Source: Sedimentisphaeraceae bacterium JB056
Lineage (GTDB): Bacteria > Planctomycetota > Phycisphaerae > Sedimentisphaerales > Sedimentisphaeraceae
DNA: 64,000 nt
Assembly: GCA_044440125.1 (NCBI GenBank)
Contig: JBITAJ010000003.1
Span: 131,776-195,775 of the forward strand
Reading direction: 5' to 3'
Numbering within the stretch: position 1 is the stretch's first letter; every line of letters begins with the position of its first letter. Both the position numbers and the translations under genes were made by a program. The notes beneath the pieces were generated by a model that made no database searches, was not told where the DNA came from, and saw nothing but the letters and a program-made list of their open reading frames with translations. Below are positions 20,593 through 31,195 of this stretch, piece by piece.

Positions 20593-21342
20593 TTAATAAT
20601 TGTAAAAATGATATTTAAATCTTGCCGGTCTGCATATACCATACTCAATCTGCTCTTCTTCAGGTTCGGCAAATTCTATATGTCCATCAACAAAAGAGAA
20701 ATTGCTTCCACCGGAGTGCCTTAATGTATAGCAGTTGTTGTCATTAGGAACAGGCATATTATTGGCCCATCGCCATGTATAAATAGACCATGTTGACTGA
20801 ATATCAGCCATTATTACCGTATTACCGGGATTTTCGATCTTAGCTATCTTAATCGGCTTTGAGTAAAAAGATGAAGCAGGCCAGCGAACCATAGGCATAT
20901 CAGGCTCATCAATATTTGATGTGCCATCATTCATGCCTATAGCTATGCCATGCCCCGGCTTAATTGCATCAGCGTTACTGATCTCAGCTCTCTCGCTTGA
21001 TGGGCAAGACCATATTCCCTTGCTGTATCTCAGATTGTCTATTTCGCCTCCAAGATAGCCATTATCTTCAAGGGTGTAAACCCAGTCATCGCCTGCTTCC
21101 CAAGCATTGCCATCCTCATCAATATCTTCATGCGGCACTGGATATACTCCATTGCTGGCATCAGCGTATGCATTTAATGCTAAAGACATGCTTCGCTGAT
21201 TACTGCTGCAAAGCGTCTTCTTCGCCTGCTCTCTAACCTTTGTCAGTGCCGGCATCAGTATTGACATCAGGACTGCAATAATAGATATTACAACAAGCAA
21301 CTCTATAAGCGTAAAGCCTTTGGTCTTTTTAAAATTCTTCAT
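20593..21342 (-). CDS. Prepilin-type N-terminal methylation + H-X9-DG domain protein (DUF1559-like)
   Basis: KG|FTLIELLVVISIIAVLMSILMPAL; WSCPS; H-SGGSNFSFV-DGH. Confidence 0.92.
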   Translation of the reverse strand: MKNFKKTKGFTLIELLVVISIIAVLMSILMPALTKVREQAKKTLCSSNQRSMSLALNAYADASNGVYPVPHEDIDEDGNAWEAGDDWVYTLEDNGYLGGEIDNLRYSKGIWSCPSSERAEISNADAIKPGHGIAIGMNDGTSNIDEPDMPMVRWPASSFYSKPIKIAKIENPGNTVIMADIQSTWSIYTWRWANNMPVPNDNNCYTLRHSGGSNFSFVDGHIEFAEPEEEQIEYGICRPARFKYHFYNY

Positions 21343-21366
21343 CTTATCAACTCATCAACTAAATTA

Positions 21367-22278
21367 TCAGCGTATATCCAGACAGTTTTCTCCACCAGGC
21401 TGCGTACATAGGAGCCAGTTTGTTACAAAAAGCTGGAGATCCTGCAAATTCACATAACAATCTTTATTAAAATCACCGGCATAATATCCATTCTCGCCAC
21501 ATTCAGCCATAGGCAACGCGGCATCCTGATACACCTTGAGATTATCTATATAGTATTCACCGTCTGTCGGAACATTAACAGCATAGAAATCTATATTGCC
21601 TATATAACCCTGCCAGTAATCCCATGTACCGTACCAGTAATCATCACCGGTAATCTCTTCATCATCAATATAGATCCGAAGACGTGGTTTGCTCGGTCCT
21701 GTTCCATATTCAGGCTGGAGCATATATATCTTAACATTGTACCACGGTGCAGTAGATGTTTTATCGTACTGCCCAAGATTAGCCCACGCATTGGCCGCCT
21801 CAGGACTTCCCTTTCTTGCTGTAAGTCCCCAGTTACCAACCTGCGGCATCAATGTAAGCTGAACAACACTGTCAATTGCGCGATTAACCCTCATGCCGCC
21901 ATAAACATTGCCCTGCTGATACATATCGAATTCAAGAAGTACATTAACATCACGTGGAACCGGTACTTTTGAAAAATCACCGGTAAAACCAAGATTAAGT
22001 TTTAACTGAGAAGTTCCACCGTCTGTTCTCGGAATAAACGATAAGACATTACCGCGACCATCATGAACCCCGCCAACGCTGCTGAGATCAACAACTGCCC
22101 CGGCTTCGTAAGGCTGTCCATAAGGCTTAACCCACAGATTCTGACCGTTGATATCACCGGTTGTAAACGACTCGAATCCCTGTGAATCGTAAACCATAAC
22201 CGTATCGGCCGTATTGGGATCAAAACAATACCCCAAACCATAACACAAAAACAAAATTGCCAAAACTGTTTTATACAT
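21367..22278 (-). CDS. Secreted jelly-roll (lectin-like) protein with dockerin-like tag
   Basis: Signal peptide; GFESFTTGDINGQNLW...YYIDNLKV; terminal GDFNKDCYVNLQDL...W.LC. Confidence 0.7.
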   Translation of the reverse strand: MYKTVLAILFLCYGLGYCFDPNTADTVMVYDSQGFESFTTGDINGQNLWVKPYGQPYEAGAVVDLSSVGGVHDGRGNVLSFIPRTDGGTSQLKLNLGFTGDFSKVPVPRDVNVLLEFDMYQQGNVYGGMRVNRAIDSVVQLTLMPQVGNWGLTARKGSPEAANAWANLGQYDKTSTAPWYNVKIYMLQPEYGTGPSKPRLRIYIDDEEITGDDYWYGTWDYWQGYIGNIDFYAVNVPTDGEYYIDNLKVYQDAALPMAECGENGYYAGDFNKDCYVNLQDLQLFVTNWLLCTQPGGENCLDIR

Positions 22279-22319
22279 AAAAAGTCTCCATAAATTAGTA
22301 TATTAAAACTTTACTTACA

Positions 22320-23330
22320 TTACAGTTTACCGGTTGATTCACGAACAACCAGTTCACCTTCAAATAACGTATTTTGCGATTCTACAGACTCACTGGATAT
22401 CCTGTTTATAAGCAATTCAGCAAGCTTCTGCCCTATTTGTTCAGTAGGCAGCCTGTATGTTGTCAGAGGAACTTTAAGCTTACTCGAATACCAGCCGTCA
22501 TTTACACCTGTAACAGAAACATCTCCCGGCACATCATATCCGGCATTCATTAAATCCATCACTAATTCCGATGCCAGATCATCATTGTAAGCACATATCG
22601 CCGTGGGTCTTTGCTTGAACGACATCGCTTCTTTTCTAAGCTGAGTAATATCCTGCCTGATATAATCAAGCTCGAAAACAAGCAGAGGCTCATATTTAAC
22701 ATCAAACTCAGCAAGCGCCTTACGATAACCTTCAAGCCTGAGCTGTTGTCTTTCATCCGCAAGACTCATCAATGTAAAAGCAATCCTGCGATGCCCAAGT
22801 TCAAGTAAGTGCTTGGTTGTCTCATAACCGCAAGGAAGAAAATATTGATCTACAGTATCAATACCTTTTATATCACGGCAGTGCCCAAGCATTCCGACAT
22901 ATCCGCCACTATCTACGTATTTCTGTATTCTCTCAACAACCTCCGTTGAAGACGGCACATAATCAATGATCAAGCCGTCTGCTCCACGACCGATAATATC
23001 GTTAATTGCGGATAATTCGACTTCCTTGTTTCCGTGAGTTACTACAAGCAGAGGTGTATATCCCTGATCCTGCATCCATCTCTCCTGTGCTCCCATGCAA
23101 TCAATAACAAACGAATCGCGGAGCTTAGGCACTAATACGCCTATAGTCTTAGTGCTTGCGCCTGCAAGCCCCCTTGCCATCAAATTTGGAACATAATTGA
23201 GAGACTCGGCAATTTGCTTGATGCTGTCTCTTGTCTGGGCGGAAATCTTAGGGTTGCCGCGAAGAGCAAGAGATACTGTCGAGGTATGAACACCTGCTTT
23301 TTCTGCTATTTCTTTTAAACTTGCTGCCAT
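22320..23330 (-). CDS. LacI-family transcriptional regulator
   Basis: SLKEIAEKAGVHTSTVSLALRG...LNYVPN..ARGL; LGHRRIA; VPGDVSVTG. Confidence 0.95.
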   Translation of the reverse strand: MAASLKEIAEKAGVHTSTVSLALRGNPKISAQTRDSIKQIAESLNYVPNLMARGLAGASTKTIGVLVPKLRDSFVIDCMGAQERWMQDQGYTPLLVVTHGNKEVELSAINDIIGRGADGLIIDYVPSSTEVVERIQKYVDSGGYVGMLGHCRDIKGIDTVDQYFLPCGYETTKHLLELGHRRIAFTLMSLADERQQLRLEGYRKALAEFDVKYEPLLVFELDYIRQDITQLRKEAMSFKQRPTAICAYNDDLASELVMDLMNAGYDVPGDVSVTGVNDGWYSSKLKVPLTTYRLPTEQIGQKLAELLINRISSESVESQNTLFEGELVVRESTGKL

Positions 23331-23362
23331 TTAATCAAAACCTTTCGTATGTCTATGGTGCC

Positions 23363-23391
23363 ATATTAACAAACTTCAAAAAATAAGTCAA
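23363..23391 (-). promoter_or_regulatory. Sigma70-type promoter for the LacI/pilin operon
   Basis: Minus strand TTGACT-17 bp-TAATAT. Confidence 0.6.
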
Positions 23392-23545
23392 GCGCTTTAA
23401 ATATTTTTTATCTCTATTTTTTTTACCTTATTTACAAAATCAAGTCACTAATAAACCTGAAACTAAACACAAAACATAAACAACTATAAAAAAAAGACTT
23501 ACAAACAAAAGCCGACAAAACAATACCATCTAAGCAAAAAAACGC

Positions 23546-23574
23546 TTGCAATAACAGCCGTAGAAAACTATAAT
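23546..23574 (+). promoter_or_regulatory. Sigma70-type promoter for the GH36-GH36-SSS-sulfatase operon
   Basis: TTGCAA-17 bp-TATAAT. Confidence 0.7.
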
Positions 23575-23672
23575 TCAAACGCTTGCCCAAAAAGATTTAA
23601 GTCAAATTTAAGAATATAGATTTGGGCTTCATTACTGATTAATTTCAAACGGTTTAATTAAAGGAACTCTAA

Positions 23673-25535
23673 ATGATTAAAGCAATATCAATATCTTTTG
23701 AAGCAGATAAAAAAGAGATAAATTTCCCTGAAATCCCACTCAAGAATGGACTGTACAGTTGCGATCAATACTGCCTTGAAGTAACAAAAGGCGATCACAC
23801 CGGTATTAAGCTATACAAAACAAATCGAGACAAATTTGAACTCACAAATATTTCATATACATTTGGGTTTCCTTTACATAATCCGGCCAAAATAATAGTA
23901 CCCGACACCGGCAGGCACTTCATGGACACACTTTACCCCCGTCAGGTTATGGCAAAAGCAAGATTTTTATCGAGTGCGGCTAAAATGGCAACACCGTTTA
24001 TGGCATTTCTCGACAGTACGGAGAAAGTAAAACTGGCATTCGGGCTTACAGGAAAGATGGCAGATACCGAATTCCTGCTTGAATCACCCGGCGCAAACGC
24101 AAAATACTCACTTATCGTCAAATCAGACCAGTGGCAATGGAAAGTAAACAGACCCTTTGACAAGAAACTGTCTTTAGGAAAGTTAAGTTCATACGAAGAC
24201 GGTTTTTACATCTCAACCGATGATAAATCATGGTTCCATTCCCTGAAAAAATACAGTGAAATATATCGTAGAGAAAACAAGATTGAACTTAAATCCAACA
24301 AGAATACTTATGATACCGAATTCTGTACATGGCGGGTAATTAATTCAGACAATTTCACGCATGACTGGACTGTAGAGACAGCAAAAGAATGCAAAAAACT
24401 CGGGATTGATGCCATGATCCTTGATGATGGCTGGTTTGGAGTTGGGCTTGACAGCGACATAATGGAGAGTTCCCTGGGTAATTGGCCAAAGAAGGTAGAT
24501 GGCAAATATAATGATATCACAGAAACGATTAAAGCCATAAAGGAAGCCGGAGTCAAACCGCTGCTATGGTTCTGTCCGTTAGGTCTTGGCCCTCAATCTC
24601 AGAATTATGACAAACTTCAAAAATACTGCGTTGAGGTTGAAGGTGAGCCTTATGTAACTCCGGGACTTTTCAGGACACTCTGTCCAAGAAACCCTGAAGC
24701 CCGAACAATAATGGTGCAGATGCTGAGAAAACTTCTCAGCTACAATCCTGATGGATTCAAACCCGACCTCTTCAACTACCAACCGATAAAAGCGTGTACC
24801 GCAGATCACGAGCATGACATACCTAATACCCTTGAAGCACTAAAAGAATGCATGCGATTAATGTATGAAGAAGCCGTTAATCATGATCCTGAGATGATAT
24901 TCATGCTCAAGAACGATGAGGCCAACGTTGAATTCAGCCAGTATGCTCCTGCCGTAAGGAGCGGCGACTCTCCATATGACCCCAACATCATGTTCCTACG
25001 CTGCGCATATGCAAACGCTATTGCTCCTGCCGTAATCAACGATTATCTCATGACAGGAAAAGAAGAAAATCTCACTGATTTAGCCTACAGTCTGATTAAA
25101 CAGATAACAATGGGAGTACCAGCTATATCAATTGATGTACTCAACGCCACTTACGAACAAAAGGCCCTGCTGAAGAAATGGCTTACTTTCTACAACGAAA
25201 CAGCCAAATCTATACACATGAACTCTTCACCAGAGCCACAGGATTCCGCTCTATTGTGCTGGGAAAGCATTGATAAAACAAACAACAAGATAATGCTCTC
25301 GCTGATTCATCCAGCAAATGTCATAGAGGAAATTAACGATGCAGATGAAATCTATATACTTAACGCAACAGATAATAAAAAAATATTCATAAACAACAAT
25401 AATCTTTCAACTCAAATGAGTTTGACATCATTTGACTACATGCATAAAGAAGTTGAAAAGAGAAAAATAACACCTCAAGACAACTCTGTGAATATTCCAC
25501 CGGCAGGATTTGCAGTTCTTAACAAAATAAAATAA
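23673..25535 (+). CDS. GH36/clan-D alpha-galactosidase-like hydrolase
   Basis: EFCTWR, MILDDGWF, GNW, KPLLWFCP, DGFKPDLF; AAGGA RBS; no signal peptide. Confidence 0.8.
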   Translation: MIKAISISFEADKKEINFPEIPLKNGLYSCDQYCLEVTKGDHTGIKLYKTNRDKFELTNISYTFGFPLHNPAKIIVPDTGRHFMDTLYPRQVMAKARFLSSAAKMATPFMAFLDSTEKVKLAFGLTGKMADTEFLLESPGANAKYSLIVKSDQWQWKVNRPFDKKLSLGKLSSYEDGFYISTDDKSWFHSLKKYSEIYRRENKIELKSNKNTYDTEFCTWRVINSDNFTHDWTVETAKECKKLGIDAMILDDGWFGVGLDSDIMESSLGNWPKKVDGKYNDITETIKAIKEAGVKPLLWFCPLGLGPQSQNYDKLQKYCVEVEGEPYVTPGLFRTLCPRNPEARTIMVQMLRKLLSYNPDGFKPDLFNYQPIKACTADHEHDIPNTLEALKECMRLMYEEAVNHDPEMIFMLKNDEANVEFSQYAPAVRSGDSPYDPNIMFLRCAYANAIAPAVINDYLMTGKEENLTDLAYSLIKQITMGVPAISIDVLNATYEQKALLKKWLTFYNETAKSIHMNSSPEPQDSALLCWESIDKTNNKIMLSLIHPANVIEEINDADEIYILNATDNKKIFINNNNLSTQMSLTSFDYMHKEVEKRKITPQDNSVNIPPAGFAVLNKIK

Positions 25536-27493
25536 TGGCTCAAGTTGACAAGATGAATAATATTAATATTAAAACAGACACAACAGAAAATTGCTGGGAA
25601 ATAGAATCAGCAATTTTCTGTTTAAGAAATTTAAGCAGTGGGTTAATAGTAAAAGGACAAACAGAAAAGCTTAATTTAATACAATCAGAACATAACAATA
25701 ATGCATATATTTTAAAATTCGAAAATGATAATGCGGTTCTGAAATTAATGGTTTTAACACAAGAAGACAAGCTTATACTTGAAAGTGAGCTTCAGGCTAA
25801 GAAAGATATTTATATAGACTCTGTTGCTTTAGCTCAGATAGATAAAGAAATTACAAACCAGGATATAGAACTCGGCGACAAACTGGAGAATTACAGAATA
25901 CTCATTAACTCAGATAATTCATGGGGGAAAACGGGCAACTGCCCTTTACTGCCCTCGCAAAGAAAAAAATCAAAGGGCGACATAAGAAGCGTAAAAGGCG
26001 GCATGGTAACCGCTATATGGTCTACGATAAATTCTCGAGCATTACTTATAGGAACTGCCGAAGAAAGCAATTATCCATTAACCTATCTCTGGACAAAACC
26101 CCAAAACCATTCTCAGGCAGGGTTTTCTCTTTACAAGAGTATTGGAACAAACCTTAAACAAGATAAAGTATACCAACTTGGCAAAGTTGTTTTTTCCGGC
26201 ACTAAAGATATCACATCTGAACTTGAAGCCTATGCTGAAAACTATTTCAATTTTGATTCAAAAACTGACAAAAAAATAATTGGCTGGAGCAGCTGGGACT
26301 ACTATCTTGCCAACCCCAAAATGATTGACATACAAGAAAACATAAATTCAATCAAAAACAACAGCTATCTTAAAGGTAAAATTAATCTTATAAGTATTGA
26401 TTTGGGATGGTCAAAAATTGAAGGAGACTGGCGAAGCAATATTGATTTTCCAAAACATAGGGAAAATATTGCAGATTATATTCACTCAGAAGGCTTCAAA
26501 GCCGGAATATGGACAATGCCGTTAGTTGTTTCACCATTCTCAGACATTGCATGCAGAAAACCAAAATGGCTTATAAAAGATTCTGATGGATTCCCTGTAA
26601 ATGTAAACAAAGGACAATATGATGATGCCAAGTTTTCTCTTGACCCTACAATACCACAGGTAAGCAGTTACATTTTCGATCTTTACAGAACATTAAAAGA
26701 TGAAGGATTTGAGTACTTCAAGCTTGATTTCCTCCGTCAATCATGCCGTTTCCCTGAGTATTCACTTTTTGACAAACAAATAACGAGAACAGAGATGCTC
26801 AGAAAAATGATAAAAACGATAAGAAAAGCTGTTGGCAAAGATTCTGTTATCTGCGCTTGCGGAGCACCTTTCGAAGCAGTTCAAGGTCTCGTAGACTATA
26901 TCAGGGTATGCGATGATGTAAAAAATCACTGGAGCAATATACAAAGATCTGCAAGATCAATAATACACAGATTCTGGTCTCATAAGAGGCTGTGGAATAT
27001 TGACAGTGATTTTCTTATAGTAAGAGGAAGTGAAACCGCTGATATCAGCGAAGACCGCTTTATAACTTACCACAACATCACTCACGAACCATTTCACTGG
27101 CTCTCAGGCAAAACTTTGTCTGAAAATGAGGCTAAAGTATGGGCAAGCATCTGCGTTATGACAGGTTCATGTCTTATTCTCGGGGACAGAGTAGAAAAAC
27201 TTAATCCCCGCGGTCTCGAGGTCATTAAACAAGCAATAGAAAACCAGAAAGAAAGCTTTTTCAGACCACTTGATCTTGAAGTTTCATCAATGCCATCCAT
27301 TTGGCATCGATTCGACAATAACGGCAACGAAATGTACGCATTTTTCAATTTCACTGAAAAATCAAAAGAAATAGATCTTAATAAATACAATATTGCAGGC
27401 GATTTTGAAAGTATCTGGGAGTCAAATTCAATAACCACCCCAACTACTTTGATAATTCCCTCGCGAAATGTAGTATTGCTGAAAAAAATATAA
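25535..27493 (+). CDS. GH36/GH27 clan-D alpha-galactosidase-like hydrolase
   Basis: GWSSWDYY, SIDLGW, GDW, KAGIWTMP, LDPTIP, YFKLDFL, RVCDDV, WNIDSDFL; TAATG coupling with the upstream gene. Confidence 0.82.
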   Translation: MAQVDKMNNINIKTDTTENCWEIESAIFCLRNLSSGLIVKGQTEKLNLIQSEHNNNAYILKFENDNAVLKLMVLTQEDKLILESELQAKKDIYIDSVALAQIDKEITNQDIELGDKLENYRILINSDNSWGKTGNCPLLPSQRKKSKGDIRSVKGGMVTAIWSTINSRALLIGTAEESNYPLTYLWTKPQNHSQAGFSLYKSIGTNLKQDKVYQLGKVVFSGTKDITSELEAYAENYFNFDSKTDKKIIGWSSWDYYLANPKMIDIQENINSIKNNSYLKGKINLISIDLGWSKIEGDWRSNIDFPKHRENIADYIHSEGFKAGIWTMPLVVSPFSDIACRKPKWLIKDSDGFPVNVNKGQYDDAKFSLDPTIPQVSSYIFDLYRTLKDEGFEYFKLDFLRQSCRFPEYSLFDKQITRTEMLRKMIKTIRKAVGKDSVICACGAPFEAVQGLVDYIRVCDDVKNHWSNIQRSARSIIHRFWSHKRLWNIDSDFLIVRGSETADISEDRFITYHNITHEPFHWLSGKTLSENEAKVWASICVMTGSCLILGDRVEKLNPRGLEVIKQAIENQKESFFRPLDLEVSSMPSIWHRFDNNGNEMYAFFNFTEKSKEIDLNKYNIAGDFESIWESNSITTPTTLIIPSRNVVLLKKI

Positions 27494-27507
27494 ATAGGAG
27501 CTTTAAT

Positions 27508-29337
27508 ATGTCATTAAGTATTCTGGACTGGACTGTCCTTCTAACACTATTTGTCCTGCTGAATTTATCAGGCTATTTGTGCCGTAAATATATCAAAAAC
27601 GTAAGTGATTTTCTTGTCGCCGGACGACATGTCGGCAGATATTTAGGCTTGGGGTCAGATTCAATGGCGGGCTTGGGGGCTGTTACAATGCTTGCCTTCT
27701 GGCAGATGATATACAAATCAGGCTTCAGCGGCCTATGGTGGTATATACTCTCACCAGTAGCAGGTATTGCCGTTGCTCTGACAGGCTGGGGAGTTTGCCG
27801 GTTTCGTCAAACTCGGGCAATGACTCTGGGACAGTTTATAGAAATGAAATACGGCCGTAAAACAAGGATACTTTTCGGCTCACTTGCCTATGCCGCCGGC
27901 GTACTCAACATGGGTATATTCCCGATAGTGGGAGCCGGTTTCTTCGTATATTATCTTGGATTCCCTGCTGAACTTCATTTGGCTGGATTCACAATACCTA
28001 CCACCCTGCCCATTATGCTCGTTTTAGTAGGCTCGGCTGTTGCCATATGCTTCCACGGCGGACAGGTGACACTCATAATAACAGATTTTCTCCAGAGCGT
28101 GTTCGTAAATGTAATGCTTGTTGTAATCGTCGTATTCGTTTACAAAATGTTCTCATGGCAGCAGATTAGTGAAACATTCACAAGTGTCGAAAACTCAAAG
28201 GCCCTTATTAATCCCTACGCTAAGGGAGGCACAGATTTCTCGATATGGTTCTTTCTTATAAATGCTTTCTGGATGTTCTACAATGTTGTATCATGGTCGC
28301 CCAATACTATGCAGGTAAGCTCCGCCAGAGACGCTCAGGAAGCAAGAATGCTCAGGGTATTTGTACAGGTTAAAAATTTTGCTATGATCGGGCTTGGGCT
28401 TTTCATCTTGCCCTTAGCTGTATTTGTAATGATGAACCACCAGGATTTCACATCGCAGGCATCGCAGATTAATGACACACTCTCTACAATAGCAAACCCA
28501 CAGGTGCAAAGCCAGATGATAACGCCCACAGCAATCAAATATATTCTCCCCACCGGACTGCTTGGAGCATTTGGTGCTGTTGTACTGTTCGCTTTCATAA
28601 GCACTCATGACACCTACCTTTTAGCGTGGGGAGGATTACTGATACAGGATGTCATAATCCCGCTTAAGAAAAAAGAATTAAGCCCTCAGGAACATATGAG
28701 ATGGATCAAAATATCCGTCCTGGCTGTCGCCGTGTTCATCGTAATTTTCAGCCTTGTTTTCAGGCAGGTTGATAATATATTCATGTTCTTTGACATCAGT
28801 GCTTCACTCTATATCGGCTCTGCAGGAATTGTGCTGCTCGGAGGATTGTATTGGAATAGAGGCACAACGCAAGCCGCCTGTGCAACAATGATAACGGGCT
28901 GCATTCTCTCAATAGCAGGATTCGCATATCGCCAGATAAATCCGGATTTTCTGGACGGCAGAATAATGTCATTTTATGTAGTACTGATATGTATTACAGA
29001 ATACGTTATAGTATCATTGCTCACTCCAAAACAGACCAGCTTTGATGTCGCAAGTCTCAAAGGCAATACAGCTGAAACTTATCTTGTAACAAAGAAAGAT
29101 AAAATTCTCATAAGAGCACTGGTAAGCTGCATTGCGATATTTATACTTGCGATTATATCTGTTGGTTTGTATAGTATGACAAAAGAAATTTCAATAGATA
29201 CATGGCTGTCGTTTTGGCGAATATTCATAATAGCTATGTTTATCGTGGGAACATCATTCTTGATAATAATAACAGTAGGCGGCATAGTAGACCTTAAAAA
29301 GCTGTTCTCCGGCCTAAAAGGTAAAAGCAGTGAGTAA
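27508..29337 (+). CDS. Sodium:solute symporter (SSS family), probable sugar importer
   Basis: Many TM segments; SDFLVAGR, RFRQTRAMTLGQFIEMKYG, LPTGLLG, GGLYWNRGT. Confidence 0.9.
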   Translation: MSLSILDWTVLLTLFVLLNLSGYLCRKYIKNVSDFLVAGRHVGRYLGLGSDSMAGLGAVTMLAFWQMIYKSGFSGLWWYILSPVAGIAVALTGWGVCRFRQTRAMTLGQFIEMKYGRKTRILFGSLAYAAGVLNMGIFPIVGAGFFVYYLGFPAELHLAGFTIPTTLPIMLVLVGSAVAICFHGGQVTLIITDFLQSVFVNVMLVVIVVFVYKMFSWQQISETFTSVENSKALINPYAKGGTDFSIWFFLINAFWMFYNVVSWSPNTMQVSSARDAQEARMLRVFVQVKNFAMIGLGLFILPLAVFVMMNHQDFTSQASQINDTLSTIANPQVQSQMITPTAIKYILPTGLLGAFGAVVLFAFISTHDTYLLAWGGLLIQDVIIPLKKKELSPQEHMRWIKISVLAVAVFIVIFSLVFRQVDNIFMFFDISASLYIGSAGIVLLGGLYWNRGTTQAACATMITGCILSIAGFAYRQINPDFLDGRIMSFYVVLICITEYVIVSLLTPKQTSFDVASLKGNTAETYLVTKKDKILIRALVSCIAIFILAIISVGLYSMTKEISIDTWLSFWRIFIIAMFIVGTSFLIIITVGGIVDLKKLFSGLKGKSSE

Positions 29338-30865
29338 GAGAGATAAAGAAAAATACAATATATTACTGATCACAAGCGATCAGCAGCATTATATGACACT
29401 TGGGGTGAATAATCCCCAGATAAAAACCCCGAACCTTGACAGGCTTGCCTCTATGGGAACAACCTTTGACCGTGCATATACCTGCAACCCAACTTGCACA
29501 CCAACAAGAGCCTCCATAATAACCGGCAAGTATCCAAGTCAACACGGAGCATGGACTCTTGGTACGAAGCTGCCGGAAACAGAACATTGTGTTGGTGAAG
29601 ATTTCAGCAATGCCGGATACAAAACAGCACTTATTGGAAAAGCTCATTTTCAGCCATTGCAAAGTACAGAAAAATACGATTCACTCGAAGCGTACCCTAT
29701 TTTACAGGATCTTGATTTCTGGAGAAAATTCAATGGGCCATTCTATGGTTTTGATCATGTGGAACTGGCGCGTAATCACACCGATGAAGCCCACGTAGGA
29801 CAACATTATGCAGTATGGATGGAAGAAAATGGAGCCACAAACTGGAGAGATTGGTTTTCAAAGCCAACAGGAAATAAAGACAGACAACAGCATACTTGGA
29901 ATATTCCAGAAAAATATCACTACAATAACTGGATAAGCCAGAGAACCAATGATCTTCTTGAACAATATGCTTCTGAAAACGAAAACTTCTTTTTATGGGC
30001 AAGTTTTTTTGATCCTCACCCAAGTTATCTTATACCTGAGCCCTGGGCCTCAATGTATGACCCCAGAGATATCGAATTACCGCCAATGCCTGAGAATAAA
30101 CTTCAGGATATGCCGCCTCATTACGGCTTAACGCAGCTTGAAGAAAGCAAATGCGAAAAAGAGTTTGACAAATATCAGGAGCCTGGAGGCAACTACTGTC
30201 ACGGCTTCCACTCTCATATTGTAAGTGATAAACAAAAACGCAAAGACATCGCTGTATACTACGGCATGGTGTCTATGATGGATCATTATATCGGCAAGAT
30301 ACTTGACAACCTTGATTCTCTCGGCCTAACAGAAAAAACACTGATAGTATTCACTACAGATCACGGCCACTATTATGGACAACACGGACTCACCGCCAAA
30401 GGAGCATTTCACTACGAAGACGGTATCAAAATACCGATGATTGCTTCACTGCCGGGAAAAATCGAAGCCAACCACCATACTGATTCACTGCAAAGCGTGG
30501 TAGATCTTGCACCAACCTTCCTGAGCATCGCTAATCTGGAAATTCCATACCCAATGACAGGAATAGACCAGAAGCAGCAATGGTTTGGAGAAAAAGAAAC
30601 GCTAAGAAATTGGGTAATATGCGAAAACCACCATCAGCCAACAACAATAAACGCCAGAACATTCATAACCCCAAACCATAAAATAACAATTTACTGTAAC
30701 CAAACTTACGGCGAAATGTTCGATCTCAAAAATGACCCGCACGAAAATACAAATCTATGGGATATAGAAAAGCATGCTGAACTTAAAAACAAACTGATTT
30801 CACAATTTCTTAACGCAGAGCTCGAAAGAGAATCAAAATATATGCCAAGAATAGCAAATGCATAA
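29330..30865 (+). CDS. Formylglycine-dependent (Cys-type, S1) sulfatase
   Basis: NILLITSDQQ, CTPTRASIITG (CxPxR), GKAH, FTTDHG, DPHE; no signal peptide. Confidence 0.93.
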   Translation: MSKRDKEKYNILLITSDQQHYMTLGVNNPQIKTPNLDRLASMGTTFDRAYTCNPTCTPTRASIITGKYPSQHGAWTLGTKLPETEHCVGEDFSNAGYKTALIGKAHFQPLQSTEKYDSLEAYPILQDLDFWRKFNGPFYGFDHVELARNHTDEAHVGQHYAVWMEENGATNWRDWFSKPTGNKDRQQHTWNIPEKYHYNNWISQRTNDLLEQYASENENFFLWASFFDPHPSYLIPEPWASMYDPRDIELPPMPENKLQDMPPHYGLTQLEESKCEKEFDKYQEPGGNYCHGFHSHIVSDKQKRKDIAVYYGMVSMMDHYIGKILDNLDSLGLTEKTLIVFTTDHGHYYGQHGLTAKGAFHYEDGIKIPMIASLPGKIEANHHTDSLQSVVDLAPTFLSIANLEIPYPMTGIDQKQQWFGEKETLRNWVICENHHQPTTINARTFITPNHKITIYCNQTYGEMFDLKNDPHENTNLWDIEKHAELKNKLISQFLNAELERESKYMPRIANA

Positions 30866-30944
30866 ACTTTAGTTGTTAATACTGAGTATATAAAATTAGC
30901 ACCGTCCGTAAAACAAAATGAATTTGGGCTTACAATAGTTGTTT

Positions 30945-31181
30945 TCAAGCAAATTGTCCTGGGCAAATCCAATCTTTAATCGCTTCGTAAATCGCGGCTA
31001 TGTTTTCGGCGGGAATGTCGGGGCCGAGTATCTGGCTGGGGGCGAAAATATAACCTCCACCGGGGCTCATTATATCGAGAATTCGTCTCGCTTCGGTTTT
31101 CACCTGCTCCGGTGAGCCGTAAGGCAGCAGTTGCTGGGTGTCTATACCGCCGTGAAATGTGATTTTATCAGCAAACTCATC
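30945..31181 (-). pseudogene. C-terminal remnant of a uroporphyrinogen decarboxylase (URO-D)-family gene
   Basis: Manual translation DEFADKITFHGGIDTQQLLPYGSPEQV...PGGGYIFAPSQILGPDIPAENIAAIY; in-frame TAA immediately upstream and no 5' part. Confidence 0.85.
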
Positions 31182-31195
31182 TTAAAGTTTTTGCG

